64,000 nt of DNA, taken from positions 1 to 64,000 of the IMG/VR virus record IMGVR_UViG_3300037504_000588. The stretch is one strand, 5' to 3'. Both the position numbers and the translations under genes were made by a program. The notes below the pieces were generated by a model that had not been told where the DNA came from, did not search any database, and saw only the letters and a program-made list of their open reading frames with translations. This DNA is from a virus. The stretch's first letter is position 1, and each line of letters opens with the position of its first letter. This document shows positions 57,501 through 64,000 of this stretch, piece after piece.

Positions 57501-60233
57501 AAGAGTGATATTTATATAACAGTATCTCCTAATCAAATCAAATCAGCAACAGAAAACAAAGGAACTTTTGATCCAAATTCAAACGATATAACAAAGTCAA
57601 GTGTTGATACCCTACTAAAAGCCTTTGAATCAGGTATCTTAGATTATGACTTATTTGAAAAGGCAGGGGGTCATAAGTATATCCGTAGGGAAGGGACAAA
57701 GGGTAATTATAAATACATTTATGCAGAACCTCATGGAACAGACGGTGGACATAAAGAGGAGATGGAAGGCTTAGGTCAATTAAATGAAAAAGATTTTTTA
57801 AATAGATTAGGAGAGGCTCTTTATTCGTATAATAAAGAACCTAAAAAAATTAGAGATTTAAGAAAAGATATTATAAATTACCTGTATATTAATTCTGAAG
57901 AATCAATTCTCACCAATAATGATTATTTTAATGATTATGTTCAAGAATGGATTGAAAAAAATAAACCAGTGCACCTTGACAATGATGATTTTGTTAATGA
58001 TTATATACATATAGAAACTGGGGAAAAAGAGAATGCCACTAAATTAATAGAAGAGTATAAAGAATATATAGATTCTTTAGAGGAAAATATGGACACTGAT
58101 GAAGAAGAAGAAGGAGATCAAGAAGAGATAGAAAGATATGAAGAAGAAATTAAGACAATTGTCAAAAATTCTATTACAAGAAGTGATTTACACGAAATCT
58201 TATCAGATTTAAATGAATTAAAATCTAAATTTTATGAAGATAAAAATAAGATTATTGAAAAATATGGAGAATTTACTGGAATAGTTCATTCCTTTAAAGG
58301 AGATGAAGATAATTTATATCCATTATATAAGATAGGTGGTAATGAATTTCATTTAATTAAAGATAAAGAAGATATAGATGAAAAATATAAAGAAGATATA
58401 GTAGAATTGGATGAAATAAGAAGAGAATCTAAAAGGGAATTAACACAAGAAGATATTAAGATTTTAAATTATGCATTAGATAATAAAAAAATAATAAAGT
58501 CTCGATACTTTGATCCAAATTCAAACGACATAACAAAAGCAGGAGGTCATAAGTACATAAGACGTGAAGGAACTCCTGGAAATTATAAATATATCTATAA
58601 TGAGCAAAGCAACAATCAAAAAGAAAGGAAGGAAAAAGGTTCTGATAAAGTAAAAAGTAGTTATGGTTTTGATTATGTTAGTGAAGGTAAAGGAAAGAAT
58701 GGTGCAGTCTTTAAAGTAAAAAATAGTGAAGGCGAAGAGGTAGCGTTGCTTGAATATCATAATATAAACGATAATAAGGTTGAGGTGGACAGAATTTATG
58801 TTAGAGACAAATTTCAGAAAAAGGGGAATGGTCAAAAAATACTAAAAGATATTTTGGATCACGAAAAAGCAGATAGTTTTGAGTTATATCCCTTAGATCA
58901 TGTCCCCTGGGTGAAGATGGGAATGCAGTTTGAGGGAAAAATGCTAAAAATATCTAAAGAGGATTTTGTAGATAAAAATAAGAAAAAGTTAGAGACAGCT
59001 AAATCGCAAGACGAAGACATTCAAAAAGCAGAATATACAAAGGATCAACTTCAAAGTATGGTAGAAGAACATGAGAGACTTATTTCTATCATAGAACCCC
59101 ACGCTAAAATGGATGAGAAAGTTGCAAAGGAAGTTGAGATACAAAAGAAGGAACTGGAAGATTATAAAAAACAACTATCTGAATTGATAGGTAAGGCAGA
59201 TGGTGATGAACTGAATCCTTTTGAAGAGTTTGAATATATAGAAAAAGCACAAAGAGTATATGCAGACAATGCACTTAACCGTAAACTAAAAAGAGTGGGG
59301 AAACCATATGGAAGCACAGGACAAGAAGAAACTCCTAAAGATAAGCCTTCTAAAGAAAGCGATGAATCAAAGCAATCCTCAAAAAGTGTTGAAGATCATG
59401 CTAAACAAGCAAGTGGAGAAGCATTAGAAGAAGCAAGTAAGAATGCCAAAGACCCTGAGATGAGGGAAGCAGCACACAAGGAATTACAGAGGAGAGAAAA
59501 GGAAGAAAAACCAAAAGAAGAGAAAGTACAGGAAGAGGGTTTAGATCAATCTAAAGAAAAAGAAGGTAATTCGCAAAAAGAAGAAGGAAAGGAAGGCGAT
59601 TCACCTAAGGAGGGAAGTTTTTTAGATAAATATAAAGATAAGATAAAAAATTGGACACAAAAAGAAAAAGAATTTTTTCGTAAGGGGTTACATAAGGAAG
59701 GATCAAGGGAGAGAAGAAAATTTGGAGATTTTATAAAAGACAAATCAAAAGGGATAATTAAAGCAGTTAAGCACGAAGTAGAAGAGTTTAAGGAAGCTGG
59801 TCACGGAATAGCAAAATTATTTCAAGGAAAAAAAATAGAAGATAAAGAGAAGGAAGCAGTAAAGAATGTAAGTAAACATCTTGCATTAACTATTGGTAGT
59901 ATTGTTGCAACAGGAGGAGCTGGGCATTTACTTCATGCAGGAATAATGGGGGCATCAAAAGGATTATTTGTACATTATTTAGAACATGTTGGAGTTCAGA
60001 CACTTGGAAGAGCATTGATATTTGCATCAGATGAGGGGAATATAGGAGAAGTGAGAGACGTTGACCCAGAAAAAGTTATTGAACAATTATTGTTAGATTT
60101 TTCAAATTGGGTAAAAAATGAAGAAATTTCAGAAGAAAAGTGGGTTGATATAATGAATGATAGTAAGGAATTATTAGAACAAGAAAAATATAATAAATCT
60201 GAAAAAGAATCAAATAACAAAAGAGATGAATAA
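54570..60233 (+). CDS. 1887-aa polyvalent protein: Nudix, ART-like polyvalent domain, GNAT-like domain and repeated short modules
   Basis: Nudix box GGHVDLHEDCKEAAIRELQEETG; FKEWFGDSKVVDENGKPLVVYHGT...NQIKS; IYVRDKFQKKGNG; 3x KAGGHKYIRREG; 2x KET.KA.LL...FWV.K. Confidence 0.8.
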   Translation: MKDIFKKILGIPTLEEKAEEYIQLENEKELLKGDIDNAAEEFQYMSYVRKSGIEKCNNEEIKERIEDKYNDFIAEHLSNVKKLRERKKEIDLRLQKLNKDERIKKGIGELKKINAYNTLKKAYKLGRLSHSAFDKICKAKQGKVKFADVLVYDKDLNQLYLKRKSDSTFEPEKWGLPGGHVDLHEDCKEAAIRELQEETGIDVKSKDLELIGKYDKGGVYIEYYKVYLKEEKPQITLESSEHQDYKWGRFDDFTKEEMLLNLHSNLEDILNPLKRNISIIKKAIDQGLISKDQLIDIVKAKKDPCWEGYEQYGTKKKDGKEVPNCVKKADEDWDSWEEMEKSEDEETPSNGTIKPSTRDGKKAMVWMDGKWHHFGQKGAKHNYSKEAREAAKARHKKNLEGSDPRSKAFRVYWKKYWEKGGKVKETDTTKAEADYFNIIDEDDDIFKSWSSDLKNRFPNGDWRTINGAKVFINNGRVIAGLDGFNGMIDNYFKENKESKIKISKETDKAYLLNKDGVEFWVQKRWYNKDKEKLTPRGEKALNEVLEKQSKVEGGNKDFDIKKETQKAFLLEKNGVEFWVPKSWYKDGSLNSKGLDNYLDAKEKQRPYKIWEAPGGDMFRAYDKDGSGNYIQISVKERNPQGYYERHRYSKGESGFYTFFIKENGDFSQADKKQFIEDIEDKFGAYHVNYVEKSSIDTLIKALESNKLDWNSFEKAGGHKYIRREGTPGNYKYIYKESKTKGKKDDIITPEERAKNFKEWFGDSKVVDENGKPLVVYHGTASDKKFTEFKPMSSSEARHIHFNDNFTFFTSKKDIAEDYSNSSELIMFMQEYGLEEDDYDLFFVPQSVREENKDKFENYLKNSHGLSESEIDELDDLDLNNYWQDYFTDLLAYYDKKHIYSTYLKIEKPKIVNAEKLLNSLSEEEKDTIRNEHETLREYIISSFEREYKDKGYDGLIIKNIFDSPKYGEVIDDEGKEMKSDIYITVSPNQIKSATENKGTFDPNSNDITKSSVDTLLKAFESGILDYDLFEKAGGHKYIRREGTKGNYKYIYAEPHGTDGGHKEEMEGLGQLNEKDFLNRLGEALYSYNKEPKKIRDLRKDIINYLYINSEESILTNNDYFNDYVQEWIEKNKPVHLDNDDFVNDYIHIETGEKENATKLIEEYKEYIDSLEENMDTDEEEEGDQEEIERYEEEIKTIVKNSITRSDLHEILSDLNELKSKFYEDKNKIIEKYGEFTGIVHSFKGDEDNLYPLYKIGGNEFHLIKDKEDIDEKYKEDIVELDEIRRESKRELTQEDIKILNYALDNKKIIKSRYFDPNSNDITKAGGHKYIRREGTPGNYKYIYNEQSNNQKERKEKGSDKVKSSYGFDYVSEGKGKNGAVFKVKNSEGEEVALLEYHNINDNKVEVDRIYVRDKFQKKGNGQKILKDILDHEKADSFELYPLDHVPWVKMGMQFEGKMLKISKEDFVDKNKKKLETAKSQDEDIQKAEYTKDQLQSMVEEHERLISIIEPHAKMDEKVAKEVEIQKKELEDYKKQLSELIGKADGDELNPFEEFEYIEKAQRVYADNALNRKLKRVGKPYGSTGQEETPKDKPSKESDESKQSSKSVEDHAKQASGEALEEASKNAKDPEMREAAHKELQRREKEEKPKEEKVQEEGLDQSKEKEGNSQKEEGKEGDSPKEGSFLDKYKDKIKNWTQKEKEFFRKGLHKEGSRERRKFGDFIKDKSKGIIKAVKHEVEEFKEAGHGIAKLFQGKKIEDKEKEAVKNVSKHLALTIGSIVATGGAGHLLHAGIMGASKGLFVHYLEHVGVQTLGRALIFASDEGNIGEVRDVDPEKVIEQLLLDFSNWVKNEEISEEKWVDIMNDSKELLEQEKYNKSEKESNNKRDE

Positions 60234-61071
60234 TGTAAATGATTTTAACTTTTTTATAAAAGCTGAACCGAAAGGGAAAAGGGGAAGTTATGATAATATG
60301 GTATTATATGGTGAAGCGTCTGATAATTCAAAAGATAGTGATGAGGAGATACTTGAACCAAAAGGATATGTTATAGGGAATTTTTTGCAAAATGGGCTTT
60401 TAAATTATGAACATCAAGCTAAACAGTCTTCTAAATTTATTGTTGGAGAACCAACAAAAGCAGAGATTAAGGATAATAAATTTTTTATAAAGGGAAAATT
60501 ATGGAAAGGTCAAAAGGTGGCCGAAGATTTATGGGACACTCTTCACATAATGAAAGACAACAAGTCTAATAGAAAGTTAGGTTGGTCTATTGAAGGAAAA
60601 GCATTACAAAGAGACCCCGTTAATCCTAAACGAATAACTAAAGCATTAATAACGAATGTTGCTTTAACTTTTCAGCCTAAAAACAAAAATACTTGGGCTC
60701 AAATATCAAAGGGAGAATACACAGAGCCTTATATTGAACCAGAATTTGATGAAACGGCAAATGGAGGAGCTGAATATTTGTTAGATATTACGAAACCTGA
60801 TGGTACACGTATTACGATAGATAAGGAATTTAATATTAAGATAGATAAGGCAATGTCAGCAGGTCATAAAACTGGCAGGGATTTAGATGGAGTAACATCA
60901 TCAGGAGCTGCATTAAAAAAAGAAAGTTTAGATGAGAAGTTGAGGAACCTTCAGCCAGAATTAAAAGAAGCAATAATAGCTATTGCAGAAAATAAAAGAA
61001 AAAATAAAATAGAAAAAAAGATATTAGAAAAAACAAAAAAAATAATAAAAAGTTTTTTATTTCAAAATTAA
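60226..61071 (+). CDS. Prohead protease
   Basis: GEASDNSKDSDEE, LNYEH, GWSIEG, VALTFQPKN; upstream of the scaffold and MCP. Confidence 0.85.
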   Translation: MNNVNDFNFFIKAEPKGKRGSYDNMVLYGEASDNSKDSDEEILEPKGYVIGNFLQNGLLNYEHQAKQSSKFIVGEPTKAEIKDNKFFIKGKLWKGQKVAEDLWDTLHIMKDNKSNRKLGWSIEGKALQRDPVNPKRITKALITNVALTFQPKNKNTWAQISKGEYTEPYIEPEFDETANGGAEYLLDITKPDGTRITIDKEFNIKIDKAMSAGHKTGRDLDGVTSSGAALKKESLDEKLRNLQPELKEAIIAIAENKRKNKIEKKILEKTKKIIKSFLFQN

Positions 61072-61133
61072 TTTTTTATTTTTATAAAAATCGTTAGAAG
61101 AAATATTCGTAGAGTAGAAAAATATAATTTATA

Positions 61134-61592
61134 ATGAAAAAAATTAAGTTTTTGGCAATAGGTTTATCATTATTGTCGGCTATTGTATTTATTAATGCAA
61201 CAAAAACTCCGATTAAAAAGTTAGGGGAGGTTTACACACACACAGCTACGTTAGATTCTAACAGTGCAGATACTGTTACATTTACAATTAATTCAAGTGT
61301 TTTTGGTGGAGCAGAAAAGGCACTATTACTTCAAACTATAATTAGCGGAAGCCCTGACTCTTCTTCTATTATTACTGATTTTTATAGGAGTGAAGAGTCT
61401 TCGATAGCTAAAGCTGAAAGTTATTTTAGTGATACATTAAAGGCTGAATCTGATAAGGTTACTATTAATACTAAATCAGATTATGCAAGTTCTGTATTGT
61501 TTGCTATTATTAGAAATACAAAGAGTGAAGTAAATGACACTGCTGTTTCACAGTCTTATTCTTTGAAGGTAAAAGTATTAGACGAGCAATAA
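61134..61592 (+). CDS. Protein with N-terminal signal peptide
   Basis: MKKIKFLAIGLSLLSAIVFINA; beta-rich, Ser/Thr-rich mature part. Confidence 0.6.
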   Translation: MKKIKFLAIGLSLLSAIVFINATKTPIKKLGEVYTHTATLDSNSADTVTFTINSSVFGGAEKALLLQTIISGSPDSSSIITDFYRSEESSIAKAESYFSDTLKAESDKVTINTKSDYASSVLFAIIRNTKSEVNDTAVSQSYSLKVKVLDEQ

Positions 61593-61637
61593 GATATATT
61601 ATAAAAAAATTCGATATTTTTAATTAAGAAAATTATT

Positions 61638-62414
61638 ATGTCAACTGAAAAAGATAAAAAAGAGTTAACACAAGAAGAATTATCTAAGGCATTGCTTGAC
61701 ATCTTTCAGGATGAAGAATCGGTTAAAGACCTCTTAGAGAAAGGTAAAAAGGGGCAAGATTATGACGATGAGCAAGGTGATGTTCCTGGTGAACAAGACA
61801 CCGGACAGGATGAGTACGATGAAGATGAAGACATGAAAAAAGCCAAAGATGAGTATGATAAGGCTGAAAAGGCAATGAAAGCAGCTAAAGATAAGTTAGA
61901 AAAAATGAAAAAAGCTGGAACTTCATGTAAAAAAGGAGAAGAAGACGATCTTAACAAAGATGAAAATAAAGAACAAAATGTTGAAAAAGCTGAATCTTTA
62001 AATATCCTTAAAGGTTTTATTGATAACCTCACCTCTAATGATAAAGAGTTTAAGGAAGAAATTAGAAAATCAATTAATGATTTAAGTGAAAAACATGATT
62101 CTTTATGTAAAGAATGGGAAAAATTTGCTTCACAGCCAAAAGGGTTGAAGAGTTATAAGGGATTAAATTTTATAGAAAAGGGTGAAGGTTTTGAAAATAA
62201 TGAAGAAGACAATGACCAACTTTCTATTTCAAAAGATAAAGCAAAAATAGAAAAGGCTATAGAATCAATGATAGAGTTAACTGACAATAATAACAAGAAA
62301 CAGTCTTACGAAAATCAGTTAATGAATTATAATTCTTCTGGTGATCCACGTTCTTTAAGTAAAGCATTGGTTCAAGATTTACAAAAAAGTCAGGATATAA
62401 CACTTATTAAGTAA
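61638..62414 (+). CDS. Putative scaffolding protein
   Basis: Acidic coiled coil with many KA/KS/KG motifs, directly before the MCP. Confidence 0.6.
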   Translation: MSTEKDKKELTQEELSKALLDIFQDEESVKDLLEKGKKGQDYDDEQGDVPGEQDTGQDEYDEDEDMKKAKDEYDKAEKAMKAAKDKLEKMKKAGTSCKKGEEDDLNKDENKEQNVEKAESLNILKGFIDNLTSNDKEFKEEIRKSINDLSEKHDSLCKEWEKFASQPKGLKSYKGLNFIEKGEGFENNEEDNDQLSISKDKAKIEKAIESMIELTDNNNKKQSYENQLMNYNSSGDPRSLSKALVQDLQKSQDITLIK

Positions 62415-62452
62415 TAAAAAATATTTGGTTAGAGAATAAATTTATATAAAAA

Positions 62453-63940
62453 ATGAACAATAATTTAGATTTTTATCAATATTCAAATCTGGAAACAGGA
62501 CATAAGACAGAATCAGAAGTTTATGATCTTATGAAAGCAATGTCTGCTGGTTCGCAGACTGGTAGAGATTTGGACGGAACAACAACTTCTGGTAGTGCGT
62601 TGAAAGTAGAATCTCTTGATCCTACATTGCGTGTATTGACCAATAGAGACAAACACATTGTTTTTTGGAAAATGCTTCCAAAAGAAAAAGCATACAATAC
62701 AGTAGAAGAATACAATGTATTGGAGGATTATGGAGGAGATATTGGCATATTTAACACCGAAGGTGAAACTCCAAGTTTTACTGACTCACAATACAAACGT
62801 GAAAGTGTGTTAATTAAATATATGGGTGTTTCTGGTGAAGTAACACACCCCTTTACTCTTGTTAATCTTGGTTCAGGTGTTGGAAATGCACTTGGAAAAG
62901 AAGTTCAAAATAAGACGCAATACCTTGTAAGGACTATTAATAAGAGTTTAGCAACAGCTAACAGTGATCATGTTGGTGAAGAGTTTGATGGAGTATTTAA
63001 ACAACATTATGATGGCATTGTAGGAAGTGGTGACCTTGATACTTATTTTAGTAACTCAACTGTGATTGATGCGAGAGGAAAGGCTCTTTCAGATGCAAAT
63101 GTAGAAGATGCTGCACAAGCTGTTGTGAACGATAATTTTGGTGAAATTAGTACAATATTGGGTTCACCTTCTGTGTTCAATAGTTATGTTAAAAGATTCC
63201 ACGAATCTAAACGTATTAATGTTAACAACCCAGTTACTGCAACTACTGGAGCAACCATGGGTCAAAAGGTAAATAATATCCAGACTCAATTCGGAGATGT
63301 TAATGTTGTTAATGATATTTATTTTGATAAAGATAGGCTTACTGGTGTTGATTACAATAAATCAGCTACATCAAGCAAGTCTCCCGATGCCCCAACGGCG
63401 TTAAGTTATGCAACTGCTGTAGATACAAAAACCAATTTTGCTGATAGTACAGGGGATTACTTTTATGCTATTGCTGCTAAGAATCGTTATGGACAAAGTG
63501 CTGTCACTATAGTTGACACTACTGCCGTAACGGTTAGTGCAAATGAAAGTGTAGATATTTCTTTTACTTACACTGATGGTTCATATGCAGCTGAATCTTT
63601 TGTTGTATATAGAACTAAAGCAGATGTAACAGATTATACAACTGCTAAATTTTATCCTATATTTACAGTAAGCGCAAGTGAGCGTACAAGCGGTTATGAC
63701 GGTGCTGCTGCATCAAAAATTAGAGATAGGAATAGATTCCTTCCAGGCACATCAAGTGCTATTGTTTTAGATTTTAATAGTGAAATTATTACATTTAAAC
63801 AATTAGCTCCTATGATGAGGATGGATTTAGCAAGAACTTCACCTTCTTATAGGTTTATGGTTCTTTGTTATGGAACTCCGCTCTGTGGTATACCAAAGAG
63901 GATTGCACGTATAGTTAATCTGGGTACAGATATTTCTTAA
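62453..63940 (+). CDS. Major capsid protein (SPO1/Twort-like type)
   Basis: LMKA...ALKVESLD, EFDG, VIDARG, APMMRMDLA, YGTP; followed by a terminator. Confidence 0.88.
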   Translation: MNNNLDFYQYSNLETGHKTESEVYDLMKAMSAGSQTGRDLDGTTTSGSALKVESLDPTLRVLTNRDKHIVFWKMLPKEKAYNTVEEYNVLEDYGGDIGIFNTEGETPSFTDSQYKRESVLIKYMGVSGEVTHPFTLVNLGSGVGNALGKEVQNKTQYLVRTINKSLATANSDHVGEEFDGVFKQHYDGIVGSGDLDTYFSNSTVIDARGKALSDANVEDAAQAVVNDNFGEISTILGSPSVFNSYVKRFHESKRINVNNPVTATTGATMGQKVNNIQTQFGDVNVVNDIYFDKDRLTGVDYNKSATSSKSPDAPTALSYATAVDTKTNFADSTGDYFYAIAAKNRYGQSAVTIVDTTAVTVSANESVDISFTYTDGSYAAESFVVYRTKADVTDYTTAKFYPIFTVSASERTSGYDGAAASKIRDRNRFLPGTSSAIVLDFNSEIITFKQLAPMMRMDLARTSPSYRFMVLCYGTPLCGIPKRIARIVNLGTDIS

Positions 63941-63948
63941 ATAAAGAT

Positions 63949-63974
63949 AAGGGGGCATTTGCCCCTTTATTTTG
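63949..63974 (+). terminator. Rho-independent terminator
   Basis: ggggc-attt-gcccc followed by a T-rich tract. Confidence 0.75.
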
Positions 63975-64000
63975 TTTTATTAATTAAAAAATATTGAAAT

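Noticed and set aside
1366-62715. The many short minus-strand ORFs in the track
   Set aside because: They lie opposite longer, motif-bearing plus-strand genes, have no recognisable motifs, and show the F/L/S/I bias expected of antisense to A-rich coding DNA.
1-64000. Stop-codon reassignment, tRNA genes, integrase and terminase large subunit
   Set aside because: Long genes are intact under code 11 with all three stops used. No cloverleaf, tyrosine recombinase or TerL motif was recognised; they may lie outside the window.

Overview
A 64-kb segment of a large, very AT-rich, tailed dsDNA phage. Essentially all credible genes are on the + strand and use the standard code. The host is probably a Bacteroidota species, inferred from repeated TTTG-N19-TAnnTTTG promoters and A-rich leaders without Shine-Dalgarno motifs. 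Left part: ParB-like, polyvalent and methyltransferase genes, then a replication/recombination block (dnaE, SSB-like, SbcD, recA, SbcC, RuvC-like). Middle: promoter-headed accessory islands, helicases, RNase H and class II RNR. Right part: a head module (TerS-like, portal, head morphogenesis protein, 1887-aa polyvalent protein, prohead protease, scaffold, SPO1/Twort-like major capsid). The main observations are four. (1) An array-less type IV-B-like Cas effector operon (csf1-cas11-csf2 ... cysH-csf3) with an IbrA/IbrB-like pair (a second PAPS-reductase-family enzyme plus a ParB/Srx protein) inside it. (2) Accessory genes each bracketed by their own GTTA...TAAC inverted repeats and joined by attC-like hairpins, resembling integron cassettes in a phage, with no integrase in the window. 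(3) Head-associated proteins punctuated by KA/KS motifs that may be prohead-protease sites. (4) A Dam-like gene with a duplicated start, a (CA)7 tract and a G7 frameshift. All calls come from reading motifs by eye; no searches were run.
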